Below, in pieces: positions 10,601 to 20,475 of a DNA stretch of 64,000 bases. A model generated the notes under the pieces. The model did not search any database. It had not been told where the DNA came from and was given only the letters and a program-made list of their open reading frames with translations. Made by a program: the position numbers and the translations under genes. Each line of letters begins with the position of its first letter. Positions within the stretch are counted from its first letter, which is position 1. The DNA comes from Pseudomonadota bacterium (GTDB lineage Bacteria; Pseudomonadota; Gammaproteobacteria; JAKAQQ01): contig DAHVLZ010000038.1 in the NCBI GenBank assembly GCA_027320085.1, forward strand, positions 32,001 to 96,000, given 5' to 3'.

Positions 10601-11240
10601 GTGGTTGTTTCTGGATTGTTCGCTGGAAACGGCTGTTGCCGCAGTTGGCGATGGCGAATCGGTAGTCGCTCGGCGACAGTGGGCCAGTCGCCGTGCTGCT
10701 GAAACCACGACTTTGGAGATCGACCAGCTGCTTTCCGAAGCAAGCCTCCAACCCCGCGACTTGGAGGGTCTCGCTTGGGCTTCGGGACCGGGTAGTTTTA
10801 CAGGACTCAAAGTCGCGGCAGCCACCATACAAGCACTGGCGTGGATATGGCGGAAGCCGGTGGCCTCGATCCCCCATCTGGCCGCTCTGGCCTATTCCTT
10901 AAGGGAGCGTCAGCCGGTTTCCATTCTGGCTTGCCGTAAGGCCCAATCGGGGTTGGTTTTTTGGTGCCCCTACACGGTTCGGGAGGGGCAGTGGCCAGAG
11001 GGCAGGATACGGGTTACATCACCCCGTGAGATCGAGTTGCCGCCCGGACGTTGGAGGGGGGTGGGGGATGATCCCCGGACGCTGAATCAACCCAATCTCG
11101 AGAAGCATCTCCGTGACTGGGCCCACGAACCCGGGTCGCCGGTTGTGCCCTCCTTGGCCCTGGCCGAGCTTGCGAGGAAAGAGGAACGCCTGGAGCGGCC
11201 GGAGGAGGTGCAGCCCCTTTATGTGGGTCAGTTGGGCTGA
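10593..11240 (+). CDS. tsaB: tRNA threonylcarbamoyladenosine biosynthesis protein TsaB
   Basis: GPGSFTGLK motif, C-terminal PLY; yoaA-tsaB synteny. Confidence 0.88.
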   Translation: MAKWLFLDCSLETAVAAVGDGESVVARRQWASRRAAETTTLEIDQLLSEASLQPRDLEGLAWASGPGSFTGLKVAAATIQALAWIWRKPVASIPHLAALAYSLRERQPVSILACRKAQSGLVFWCPYTVREGQWPEGRIRVTSPREIELPPGRWRGVGDDPRTLNQPNLEKHLRDWAHEPGSPVVPSLALAELARKEERLERPEEVQPLYVGQLG

Positions 11241-11245
11241 CCGGT

Positions 11246-11279
11246 CTGACACAGATTTGACACGTCTTTCGTATATCAT
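11246..11279 (+). promoter_or_regulatory. Putative Pho box and -10 element of phoB
   Basis: CTGACAC-AGAT-TTGACAC (11-bp periodic repeat), 10-nt spacer, then TATCAT. Confidence 0.6.
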
Positions 11280-11306
11280 TGAAAAATCGGTGCTCACAGG
11301 TTTTCG

Positions 11307-12020
11307 ATGGAAAGCGGGCAAGTCCAAATCTTGCTGGTTGACGACGATTCCGGGGTCCGGGAGATGCTGGCCTTTGCCCTGAGGAAAGCAGGGTTTTCCG
11401 TGACCCTGGCCTCCCGGGTGACGGAAGCCCAGGCTGCGCTTGCAACTGGAGTTCCGGATCTCGTGCTGTTGGACTGGATGATGCCATCCGTGAGTGGTAT
11501 CGAGTATGCCCGGGCTTTACGTCGGGATCCAGTGACACGGAAGGTGCCCGTCATATTCCTCACGGCTCGAAACGAGGAGGAGGATAAGTTGCATGGATTT
11601 GACAGCGGTGCCGACGATTTTGTCACCAAGCCGTTTTCGACCAAGGAACTGATCGCCCGGATCCACGCGGTTCTGAGGCGCAGCCAGATCATCCACGATA
11701 AGGAGGGCACGCTACAGTTTGGAAAGCTTCTGCTGAATACGCAGACCTGTGATGTTCTTTATGACAATCACCCCGTTCTCTTGGGACCGACCGAGTTTCG
11801 GCTGCTGAAATTTTTCATGGCCCATCCCCGGCAGGTCCATAGCCGGTCGCGGATCTTGGATCATCTCTGGGGTGTGGGTCAGCCCATTGATGGACGCACG
11901 GTGGATGTTTATGTCGGGCGTCTGAGGAAGGCGTTGGAGCCGTTCGGTCTGGACTCATGGATCGAAACCCGGCGGGGAACGGGGTATCTTTTTACGGAAA
12001 AACCGGGTCCGGTTTCCTAG
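11307..12020 (+). CDS. phoB: Phosphate regulon response regulator PhoB
   Basis: LLDWMMP receiver, LGPTEFRLL, RTVDVYVGRLRKAL, RGTGY. Confidence 0.92.
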   Translation: MESGQVQILLVDDDSGVREMLAFALRKAGFSVTLASRVTEAQAALATGVPDLVLLDWMMPSVSGIEYARALRRDPVTRKVPVIFLTARNEEEDKLHGFDSGADDFVTKPFSTKELIARIHAVLRRSQIIHDKEGTLQFGKLLLNTQTCDVLYDNHPVLLGPTEFRLLKFFMAHPRQVHSRSRILDHLWGVGQPIDGRTVDVYVGRLRKALEPFGLDSWIETRRGTGYLFTEKPGPVS

Positions 12021-12027
12021 GTGTCGG

Positions 12028-13401
12028 ATGAAGCTCAAGATCTGGATTCGCGAATTCTTGTGGATCGTGGCAGGAGTGGTGTTCACCGGCCTTTTGGCAC
12101 TCCTGTGGGGACACTGGGTCTACTGGACTCTCGGGCTCTGTTTGTGGTTGCTGTTTCGCTTGTATTGGCAAATGGGTCGCTGGCTCGTCTGGCTGAACCA
12201 TCCGCAGCGGGAAATCCCAGAGGGAGGAGGGATCTGGAGGGAAGTGGCACATGCCGTTCGGTGGCGGATCCGGGGGATGCGACTCAACCGGGATGGGGAA
12301 GAACGGAAATACCCGGAGTTGATCCGCTCGCTTGGACCTTGTTCGGACGGGGTGTTGCTGCTGGATCAGCAGCGTCGCCTGGTTTCCTTCAATGAAAAGG
12401 CAGCCGCCCTGCTGGGACTGCGTATCCCGCATGATTATGGTCAATTCATCGGGCATTTCATCCGCTATCCCACTTTTCTGACTTTGCTGGCGCAGATGGA
12501 TTTGCCTGGCACGATTGAAGTCCCATCGCCCATGGATGAGGAGGTAGTCCTTCAGATTGCGGTTTCTGATCACGATGGTGAAACTTTGATGTGGGTCAGG
12601 GATGTCACGGTCCGGAAGCAGGAGGAACAGCGTGGATTTGATTTCTTGGCAAATGCGTCTCATGAACTCAAGACGCCTCTCACGGTTTTGAGCGGGTATC
12701 TTGAAGCGCTGCTTGAGGACACAGAGAACAATGTGGAATCGAGAAAGGTCCTTCTGGACATGCAAAGGGAAACCGAGCGTATGAAAAGGCTCGTGACGGG
12801 CTTTATGGAACTCATGCGCCTGAACCCTGAGGAGCGGCATGGGTTTGAAGAGAAGGTCCGCGTCCAGTCGCTGATTCCTCTTTTGAGGCAAAGGGTCCAA
12901 AGTCTGGGTTTGGCCGGCCGGAATGTGGAGTTCCAGGTGTCCAGCGAACCGGCTGTTCTTTTAGGATCTGAAACCGAGTTGTTGAGTGCCTTCTGGAACC
13001 TCATTGAAAATGCAATTAAATTTTCCGCTCCAGAGGGGCATGTTGTGGTGACGTGGAAATCCGACGGGGGGGATGGGGGATGTTTGAGCGTCGAGGACAA
13101 TGGGGTGGGTATCCCTATGCATCTGCAGGGCCGGATTACCGACCGCTTTTTCCGCATCATGTCGCACAAAGAGGATGGGCCGGCCGGATTTGGCTTAGGT
13201 CTTGCCATCGTTCGACAGATCCTTGACCGCCATGGCGCCAGATTGGCGGTGGAAAGCACGCCGGGAGAAGGTAGCCGCTTCAGTTGCCTATTCCCAGCGG
13301 ATCGGGTAGCAAGGGACGTGACGGAGGAGGCTCAAGACCTGTTGACCAAGACCCCTGATCCATCCCCGTTGCCCATGGACAATCGGCGGCCACATCCGTG
13401 A
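12028..13401 (+). CDS. phoR: Phosphate regulon sensor kinase PhoR
   Basis: N-terminal TM, PAS-like region, ANASHELKTPLT H-box, NLIENAIKF, GFGLGLAIV. Confidence 0.92.
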   Translation: MKLKIWIREFLWIVAGVVFTGLLALLWGHWVYWTLGLCLWLLFRLYWQMGRWLVWLNHPQREIPEGGGIWREVAHAVRWRIRGMRLNRDGEERKYPELIRSLGPCSDGVLLLDQQRRLVSFNEKAAALLGLRIPHDYGQFIGHFIRYPTFLTLLAQMDLPGTIEVPSPMDEEVVLQIAVSDHDGETLMWVRDVTVRKQEEQRGFDFLANASHELKTPLTVLSGYLEALLEDTENNVESRKVLLDMQRETERMKRLVTGFMELMRLNPEERHGFEEKVRVQSLIPLLRQRVQSLGLAGRNVEFQVSSEPAVLLGSETELLSAFWNLIENAIKFSAPEGHVVVTWKSDGGDGGCLSVEDNGVGIPMHLQGRITDRFFRIMSHKEDGPAGFGLGLAIVRQILDRHGARLAVESTPGEGSRFSCLFPADRVARDVTEEAQDLLTKTPDPSPLPMDNRRPHP

Positions 13402-13488
13402 ATTGCCGAACTTCGCCCGCCGCGTGTTATGATCCTCTCTGCCGTCAGGGAGCCTGTCGGGGTCCCGGTTTCGTGAAAGTCTCGAGAG

Positions 13489-14337
13489 ATGATGACTGAC
13501 CAAACAACCGTTCCAGATTCTGAGGAAACCGGCACTCCGGAACGGGAAAGCTCGTCTTCTTTAGGTGATTCAACCCCCCGTTCTACGGCATCCCTGGTTG
13601 TCGAGCGGGCACGAGACAGGCACCAGGTACGCGAGGCGCAAAGATTGCGCTGGATCGTTTTTGCGGAAGAGCAAGGTGCCCGGATCCTGACGCCCGAATC
13701 GGGTTACGATATCGATCCGCTGGATGATTTCTGCCATCACATCCTGGTTCGCGATACCCGCACGGGGCACGTCGTGGCGTGTACCCGTATCCTTTATCAA
13801 GCGGATGCCGATCGTGCTGGCGGCTTTTACTCTGAAAGTGAGTTTGACCTGACGGCGATCCGTCTGGCTCCGGGTCAGACCATGGAAATGGGACGAACCT
13901 GCGTGCACCCGGACTATCGGAAGACAGTGACGATCAGTCTGCTGTGGACCGGGATTGCCCAGTACACGGCGTTCAGGGATTATGCGCGGATTATTGGTTG
14001 TGCCAGCATTCCCATGGGTCAGGATCGTGGCGCGGGTGCCCTTGCCGTCTACCATGACCTCATGGCGCGCTGCCCGTCTCCCGGCAACCTCCGTGTGGTT
14101 CCCAAACACCCGCTGCCGGAAGGATTGGCACCGGCCGGCGAGCCCAAGGCACCGTCTTTGCTGATGGCATATGTTCGTTATGGAGCGGTGGTCTGTGGCC
14201 CGCCCTGTTGGGATCCGGGATTTGATACCGCGGATTTACTCATGATGCTTCCGGCAGAAAATGTGGGACCTCGTTACCTGAGACGCTTTGTGGAGCGGAA
14301 GCGGGATGTCTCAGATCGCAACCCACCCCATGCCTAG
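13489..14337 (+). CDS. olsB: L-ornithine N-acyltransferase OlsB (GNAT family)
   Basis: AQRLR..VF.EE, D.D.LDDFCHH, GGFYSESEFDL, EMGRTCVHPDYR, P.WDP.F.TAD motifs; upstream of an acyltransferase. Confidence 0.85.
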   Translation: MMTDQTTVPDSEETGTPERESSSSLGDSTPRSTASLVVERARDRHQVREAQRLRWIVFAEEQGARILTPESGYDIDPLDDFCHHILVRDTRTGHVVACTRILYQADADRAGGFYSESEFDLTAIRLAPGQTMEMGRTCVHPDYRKTVTISLLWTGIAQYTAFRDYARIIGCASIPMGQDRGAGALAVYHDLMARCPSPGNLRVVPKHPLPEGLAPAGEPKAPSLLMAYVRYGAVVCGPPCWDPGFDTADLLMMLPAENVGPRYLRRFVERKRDVSDRNPPHA

Positions 14338-15178
14338 TCTGATTCACGGTTTCTACCGATCCCTCGTCCGTTTACTGCGTCTGGCCGGACTTGCCGTATG
14401 GATCCTGGTGGGGGTCTTGGTGGCCGGTTTTGTCAGTCTGATAAAGCCGTGGGATCGCTTCCGGCGGAGGATGCGGGTCCGGTGTTCCGATTTCTGGCTT
14501 TCGGGCGCCCTTTTTTTGATCGGCGTTCGGGTTCAGGTGGCGGGAAAGCCCTGTCCGGGAGCTGTGCTTTTTGCCTGTAATCACGTCAGCTGGCTCGACA
14601 TTCTCGTGCTGGCGTCGGCCTGCCGGGCACGTTTTGTCTCCAAGGCTGAGGTTGGGCATTGGCCCCTGCTCGGTTGGTTTGCCCGTGAGGGCGGGACCCT
14701 GTTCATCCGCCGCGGTGATGGAGCCAGTTTTGAGGCTGTGGTGGAGCTCATGAAAAGTGAGCTCTCTCAAGGGGAACGTCTGATCTTTTTCCCGGAGGGG
14801 ACAACGGGTAATGGGCAGATTCTAAGACGCTTCCGGTCCCGGTTGTTTGCTGCCGCATCTTCTCCGGGGGCAAGCGTTCAACCTGTAGGCTTACGTTACC
14901 GGGGATCTCCTGAGGTGCGTGAGCGAGTCCCGTTTCTGGGTGAAGCCACGATCCTTGAAAACCTCTGGAGTATCCTGGCCCTGCCCATGATCCAGGCTGA
15001 GGCTTGCTTTTTCGACCCGATGCAGATTTCTTCCCCTAGTCCAACGCCTCGTCAGATGGCCTTGTCCTGTGAAAGCCAGATCGGACAATGGCTGACCGGC
15101 TCCGAGGAGACGGTCACCGAGGGTCCTCGCACTGAGCTCACTTCGCAGGTCACGGATGGCTGGCATGCCAGGGGTTGA
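14330..15178 (+). CDS. olsA: Lyso-ornithine lipid O-acyltransferase OlsA (PlsC family)
   Basis: NHVSWLD (HX4D), FVSKAEV, FPEGT; start overlaps olsB stop. Confidence 0.8.
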   Translation: MPSLIHGFYRSLVRLLRLAGLAVWILVGVLVAGFVSLIKPWDRFRRRMRVRCSDFWLSGALFLIGVRVQVAGKPCPGAVLFACNHVSWLDILVLASACRARFVSKAEVGHWPLLGWFAREGGTLFIRRGDGASFEAVVELMKSELSQGERLIFFPEGTTGNGQILRRFRSRLFAAASSPGASVQPVGLRYRGSPEVRERVPFLGEATILENLWSILALPMIQAEACFFDPMQISSPSPTPRQMALSCESQIGQWLTGSEETVTEGPRTELTSQVTDGWHARG

Positions 15179-15188
15179 GGAGTAGTTG

Positions 15189-15911
15189 ATGGAACGCTTC
15201 CTGACCGGGGACCATATTTCTCAGGAATTTAATTCCGAGCTGGGGGGCTTGCGTCGCCAGTTACTGGCGATGGGTGGCATGGTGGAGCAGCAAATCAGTG
15301 ATGCACTCAAGGCCCTGCGCGATGGTGACAGTGCGCTCGCTGAGAAGCTGGATGCTTCAGATCGGGAAATTAACCGGATTGAGATTGCGTTGGATGAAGC
15401 GGGGAGCCATATTCTGGCCAGGCGCCAGCCTGCGGCCAGTGATTTGCGACTGATTTTGGCCATCCTCAAGGCCAGCACCGACCTGGAACGTGCAGGAGAT
15501 GAAGCTTCGAAAATCGGCAGGCTTTTCCTGCTGATGCCGGTCCAGGACCGTGATCCTGCCAACTTCCACGAGTTGATTCGCCTCGGGGAGGCCGCACGCG
15601 GGCTTCTTCATGGTGCGCTTGATGCCTTTGCCCGCGTGGATGCGAATGCGGCCGTCAGCATTCTCCGGGAGGATTACCGGATAGACCGGGATTATGAAAG
15701 CTTTATCCGGCAATCGATTACCTACATGATGGAAGATCCGCGGACTATCCGGAGGGTTTTTAGTTGTATTACCATCGGTCGTTCCATGGAGCGGATCGGC
15801 GATCACGCCAAAAACCTGTGCGAGTATGTCGTCTATTTGGCTTCGGGGAAGGATGTGCGGCATGTTCGTCTTGACGAGATTGAAGAACTGGTTGGACCGA
15901 GGGCCGAATAA
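15189..15911 (+). CDS. phoU: Phosphate signalling protein PhoU
   Basis: ARRQPAASDLR, DLERAGD, TYMMEDPRTI, ERIGDHAKN. Confidence 0.95.
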   Translation: MERFLTGDHISQEFNSELGGLRRQLLAMGGMVEQQISDALKALRDGDSALAEKLDASDREINRIEIALDEAGSHILARRQPAASDLRLILAILKASTDLERAGDEASKIGRLFLLMPVQDRDPANFHELIRLGEAARGLLHGALDAFARVDANAAVSILREDYRIDRDYESFIRQSITYMMEDPRTIRRVFSCITIGRSMERIGDHAKNLCEYVVYLASGKDVRHVRLDEIEELVGPRAE

Positions 15912-15912
15912 A

Positions 15913-16410
15913 GTGAGACGACTGTTTAATCTCCTGGGGTTTCTGGCCTGCGTGTTTCTTCTGGGATACGCGTACTACCTCCAGTACGTGATGGGCTTGC
16001 AGCCTTGTCCGCTCTGTATCTTCCAACGGATTTTCATGGGGCTTTTGGGATTTGTCTTTCTCATGGCGACCCTGCACCGGAGTGGTCGTTTGGGGAGTCG
16101 GGTATATGGGTTGTTGCTGCTCATTTGCGGCTTCTTCGGTGCTGCAGTCTCCATGCGGCAGATTTGGTTGCAATATTTCACGACCCGGACGCCGACCTCT
16201 TGTGCGGCAGGCCTTGGATGGATGTTTCGCCACCTGCCGCCCATAGAAGCTCTCCGCCTGACTCTGGCAGGGAGTGGCGATTGTGCGCGGATTGATTGGA
16301 CCTTCCTGGGACTCAGCATGCCAGTCTGGGTTCTGGCCTGCTTTGTGCTTTTGGCCAGCTTCGGTGCTTGGATCAACTTTAAGGCGGGACGGAGGAAGCC
16401 CGTCCGCTAG
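15913..16410 (+). CDS. dsbB: Disulfide bond formation protein DsbB
   Basis: PCPLCIFQR, second Cys pair, WTFLGLSMP; four TM helices; GTG start inferred. Confidence 0.92.
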   Translation: MRRLFNLLGFLACVFLLGYAYYLQYVMGLQPCPLCIFQRIFMGLLGFVFLMATLHRSGRLGSRVYGLLLLICGFFGAAVSMRQIWLQYFTTRTPTSCAAGLGWMFRHLPPIEALRLTLAGSGDCARIDWTFLGLSMPVWVLACFVLLASFGAWINFKAGRRKPVR

Positions 16411-16422
16411 TGGGGTTGGCGG

Positions 16423-17556
16423 TCAGGCGGTTCCCAAGTAGGACTTCACGACCTCGAAATAAGTGGACTCGAGAGTAACCAGATCTTGTACGGCCACCCG
16501 TTCATCCGGAGCATGTAACCGTTCACTGGGCAAGCCGAGTTCAACTACCTCGGCTCCGAGTCTGGCAAAAAACCGCCCATCCGAGGTTCCACCGTCCACT
16601 CTCAGTTCGGGATCGCTTCCCGACTGTTTCTTGAGGACACTCTGGACGACTTCGCGAAGTGGCCCGGGACTCGAAAGAAACGGCTCTGCGGACTTTCCCC
16701 AAACGAGGGCCGCATGGGGTGGCCCCTCTGGTATCAGCTTTTCGATCATGGCTTGGAGATCTTGGGGCTTGAGTGGCGGTGGATATCGGAAGTTGAACTG
16801 GGCTCGTGCGACTGCGGGAACCACGTTCCGTGCGATTCCCGGTGTCTCCACGGAAGTGATGTGAAAACTCAGTGGAGGGAACAGGGGGTCGCTTGCCAGC
16901 GTTAAATGATTGAGCCCTGCGGCAAGAAACTGCACGAGTGCATGGGCTGCATTCGCTGGGCCATTGACGTAGGCCACATGCCCGGATTCCCCTCTGAACT
17001 CCACACTTCCGCTCATCGATCCCCGACGGCCGATGCGAATGGCGTCTCCCGCAGTCTTCCGGGACGATGGCTCACCCACCAGAGTAGCGGTGACGATGAG
17101 CCCACGATCAGACAGTACCTTGAGTGCCTCAAGGGTTCCCTGCCGGGCTGGACCTTCCTCATCGCTTGTGACCAGAAAAGCAACCGTGCCTGTATGGTCT
17201 GGATGGGTCCGGGCAAACCGGGCTCCGGCCTCCACTTGGGCTGCCAATGCTCCTTTCATGTCAACCGCCCCCCGTCCGTAAAGCCAGCCCTCCTCGATAT
17301 CTCCTCCGAAAGGTGGATGCGTCCATTGGTCCTCGGGCCCAGACGGAACCACGTCGCTGTGTCCCGCCAATACCAGCAATGGCGGACCGCTCCCGTGATA
17401 AGCCCACAGGTTCGAAACGGGTCCGAAGGGAAGCGACTCAAGGGCAAAGCCAGCGTTTCTCAACCGATTCTCGATCAATGCATGGGTTCCCGCGGGGTCG
17501 GGAGTGAGGGAACGGCACTGGATCAGCTGTCGGGCGAGAGCGACCGCCGGGTTCAT
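16423..17556 (-). CDS. dapE: Succinyl-diaminopimelate desuccinylase
   Basis: GHSDVVP, GRGAVDMKG, DEE, GRRGS, GHVAY, GGTSDGRF. Confidence 0.93.
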   Translation of the reverse strand: MNPAVALARQLIQCRSLTPDPAGTHALIENRLRNAGFALESLPFGPVSNLWAYHGSGPPLLVLAGHSDVVPSGPEDQWTHPPFGGDIEEGWLYGRGAVDMKGALAAQVEAGARFARTHPDHTGTVAFLVTSDEEGPARQGTLEALKVLSDRGLIVTATLVGEPSSRKTAGDAIRIGRRGSMSGSVEFRGESGHVAYVNGPANAAHALVQFLAAGLNHLTLASDPLFPPLSFHITSVETPGIARNVVPAVARAQFNFRYPPPLKPQDLQAMIEKLIPEGPPHAALVWGKSAEPFLSSPGPLREVVQSVLKKQSGSDPELRVDGGTSDGRFFARLGAEVVELGLPSERLHAPDERVAVQDLVTLESTYFEVVKSYLGTA

Positions 17557-18383
17557 GGAAAATCACGGAGAATCGTGTTGATCCCCACTTTGTTCCGTGT
17601 TGCCGTGTCGACCCATTTGACAATGACGGCACACTGGAGGGCAACCGTGCTCTGATTGCCGGGAAGGTAAACGCCAGGCACAACAACCGCCTGCTCTGGA
17701 ACAAATCCGTAGAAGACCTGGCTGGTTTCCCGGTCGACGATCCGCGTACTGGAACCGAGAAATACGCCCATCGCGAGGACACTGCCTCTCCCTAGATGAA
17801 CCCCTTCTGCAACTTCACAGCGGGCGCCGACAAAACAGTCATCCTCGATGATGACTGGACGGGATTGGACCGGTTCCAGGACTCCACCAATTCCCGCGCC
17901 TCCAGAAATGTGCACTCGATCTCCGATCTGAGCACCGGATCCAATCGTGGCCCAAGTGTCAATGAGACAGGACTCTCCGATATACGCCCCGATATTGACG
18001 TAGCAGGGCATAAGAACGCTATGAGGTCCAATGTGGGCACCCACGCGGATCGTCGCTGGCGGAACCACACGGCAAGATCGTTGCTCCCAGTATTCCGGCA
18101 ATTCACGGGATTGAAGCGGGATCTTGTCATGCCAGTACTGTTCATGGCTGCCCAGCGGCTTGGAATTCCGGACTTTGAAGTAAAGCAGAATTCCTTGTTG
18201 AACCCATCCGGAAGTCACCCATTGTCCGCTGGCCGGGGAGGCGACTCGGACTGTTCCCTCTTCCAAGGCGTGGATCAGCCACTCCAGTGCTTCGATCAGT
18301 ACGGGGGGGGCATTCTCCGGGCCCAGTTCCATCTGGCGGGGCCACAGCGTTTCAATGGTGTCCCTGGCTTGATGAACATCCAT
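17553..18383 (-). CDS. dapD: Tetrahydrodipicolinate N-succinyltransferase
   Basis: RVVPPA, YVNIGAY, DTWATIGS, GGVLEP hexapeptide region. Confidence 0.95.
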   Translation of the reverse strand: MDVHQARDTIETLWPRQMELGPENAPPVLIEALEWLIHALEEGTVRVASPASGQWVTSGWVQQGILLYFKVRNSKPLGSHEQYWHDKIPLQSRELPEYWEQRSCRVVPPATIRVGAHIGPHSVLMPCYVNIGAYIGESCLIDTWATIGSGAQIGDRVHISGGAGIGGVLEPVQSRPVIIEDDCFVGARCEVAEGVHLGRGSVLAMGVFLGSSTRIVDRETSQVFYGFVPEQAVVVPGVYLPGNQSTVALQCAVIVKWVDTATRNKVGINTILRDFP

Positions 18384-19582
18384 CAAGGTTGGTCTGCCAA
18401 AAACCCGGTGATTCTGGACAACGCCTCGCGGCTCGTCTCGAGATCCGGAACCAGGGAGATTCGCACATGCCCGAGACCCGGGTTGCCCTGCGGTGTCGGA
18501 CGGGAAAGGTAGGAGCCGGGTAACACCACAACCCCCTTTTCGGCATAGAGTCTGCGTGCAAAAACTTCATCATTCCCGGCAACGCGGCTCCAGAGGTAGA
18601 AGCCGCCGTCCGGAGGGACATACGGCAGGTTCGGGCCCAGAAGGCGGGCCGCGGTTTCGAATTTTTTTCTGTAGAGGATTCGGTTTTCATGCACATGCTT
18701 TTCATCCTGCCAGGCCCATGTGCTGGCCTTTTGGACAGGGATAGGTAGGGCACATCCATGGTAAGTCCGGTACCGGTAGAAACTGTCCATGAGGCGGGCA
18801 TCGCCTGCCGCAAAGCCAGAGCGCAGGCCAGGTACACTCGATCGTTTCGAGAGGCTATGAAAAACCACAAGACGTTCAAAGGAATCTCTGCCAAGGCGAT
18901 GGGCTGCTTCCAGTGCGCCGAGAGGAGGTTGGTCTTCGTTGTTGTAGAGTTCACTGTAGCATTCGTCTGCTGCAATCACAAACCCGTAGTGATCTGATAA
19001 GCGGAAGATTTGGCGGTAAAAATCCAGGTTCAGCGTCATGCCAGTTGGATTGCCGGGCGAGCACAGATAGATGAGCTGACACCGTTTCCAGGTGGTATCC
19101 GGCACCGTATCCAAGTCTGGAATAAACCCCTGTGACGCGACGGTGTTAAGAAAAAACGGCTCCGCACCCGAAAGCAAGGCAGCACCTTCGTAAATTTGGT
19201 AAAACGGGTTGGGTATGATCACAAGAGCGCCTGATCGTGGCTCCACGACCGCCTGGGCAATGGCGAAAAGGCCTTCACGGGTCCCTGACAAAGGCAATAC
19301 TTGATGTTCGGGATCGATGGAGTCGCGATCCAAGGAAAACCGACGAATCAGCCACGCGGTGATGGCCTCTCGAAGCTCGGTTTCTCCACGAGCGGTGGGG
19401 TAGCTGCCCAAGTCCTGGCACGCGGATTGCAGCAGACGAACCAGTTCCCGGGGTGCTGGATGCCGCGGTTCGCCGATCGACATGCGGATCACGGCCTGAT
19501 CCTGCGGAGGCTGAATCCCGCCAAGAAGTTGGGAGAGCCGCTCGAATGGATAAGGCTGGAGGTGATTGAGAGATGAGTTCAA
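18383..19582 (-). CDS. dapC: Succinyldiaminopimelate transaminase
   Basis: LQPYPFE, PGNPTG, DECYSE, SLSKRS PLP lysine, YRTYHG. Confidence 0.93.
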   Translation of the reverse strand: MNSSLNHLQPYPFERLSQLLGGIQPPQDQAVIRMSIGEPRHPAPRELVRLLQSACQDLGSYPTARGETELREAITAWLIRRFSLDRDSIDPEHQVLPLSGTREGLFAIAQAVVEPRSGALVIIPNPFYQIYEGAALLSGAEPFFLNTVASQGFIPDLDTVPDTTWKRCQLIYLCSPGNPTGMTLNLDFYRQIFRLSDHYGFVIAADECYSELYNNEDQPPLGALEAAHRLGRDSFERLVVFHSLSKRSSVPGLRSGFAAGDARLMDSFYRYRTYHGCALPIPVQKASTWAWQDEKHVHENRILYRKKFETAARLLGPNLPYVPPDGGFYLWSRVAGNDEVFARRLYAEKGVVVLPGSYLSRPTPQGNPGLGHVRISLVPDLETSREALSRITGFLADQP

Positions 19583-19635
19583 ATCAGACTCCGTAACAGG
19601 TCATGGTGGGCATCGGCGAGGGGATACCGGAGGGG

Positions 19636-20475
19636 TCACCCATTCGCCAGGTCTCCGTCCGGTCCTTGCAGAAGGCGGAGTGCCATCGCTCTGCACGAGG
19701 GGCGTCCGAGCACGCGTTCTTCCTGGTCCGACCACGTGAGGATCTCACAACCCTCTTCAGTCACGAGAACCGTATGTTCCCACTGGGCCGAAAGGGAGTG
19801 GTCGCGCGTGACAACAGTCCAGCCGTCCGGCAGTGTCTTGACAAAACGCTTCCCCGCGTTAAGCATCGGTTCAATGGTGAAAGTCATGCCCGGGCGAAGC
19901 TCCAGACCCGTGCCGGGGCTCCCGTAATGCAGGATCTGCGGCTCTTCATGAAACTGACGGCCGATCCCATGCCCGCAATACTCGCGCACCACCGAAAAAC
20001 CCATTTCGTGGGCGTAGCGTTGGATGACGAATCCAATGTCTCCGAGGTGCCGACCGGGAGCCACAGTCTCGATTCCAAGAAACAGCGCCTGGCGGGTGCC
20101 TTCCATCAGCCGGGAGGCTTGGATCGACGGATGGCCAACCGCATACATCCGACTGGCATCTCCATGCCACCCGTCAAGAATGACGGTGACGTCAATATTG
20201 ATGATATCGCCCGCCTTGAGCCTCTTATTGCCCGGAATGCCGTGACAGACCACGTGGTTCACAGAAGTGCAAATCGATTTGGGGAATCCCCGGTAATGAA
20301 GTGGTGCCGGTACTGCACTCCTGGCGGTGATAAATTCGTGGCACAGATCATTGAGGACCTCGGTGGTGACCCCGGGCTGGACCCACGGGGTTACATAGTC
20401 CAAAGTGGCTGCTGCCAAGGCACCTGCCCGTCGCATGGCCTCCTGCTCTTCCTGAGTTTTAAGCGGAAGAGGCAT
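19636..20475 (-). CDS. map: Methionine aminopeptidase type I
   Basis: CTSVNHVVCHGIP, NIDVT, GHGIG, FTIEPM, SAQWEHT. Confidence 0.96.
   Translation of the reverse strand: MPLPLKTQEEQEAMRRAGALAAATLDYVTPWVQPGVTTEVLNDLCHEFITARSAVPAPLHYRGFPKSICTSVNHVVCHGIPGNKRLKAGDIINIDVTVILDGWHGDASRMYAVGHPSIQASRLMEGTRQALFLGIETVAPGRHLGDIGFVIQRYAHEMGFSVVREYCGHGIGRQFHEEPQILHYGSPGTGLELRPGMTFTIEPMLNAGKRFVKTLPDGWTVVTRDHSLSAQWEHTVLVTEEGCEILTWSDQEERVLGRPSCRAMALRLLQGPDGDLANG

Noticed and set aside
11257-11279. TTGACA as a sigma-70 -35 for phoB
   Set aside because: Only 11 nt from TATCAT; fits better as the second Pho-box half-site.
11992-12900. 302-aa minus-strand ORF
   Set aside because: Antisense shadow of phoR.
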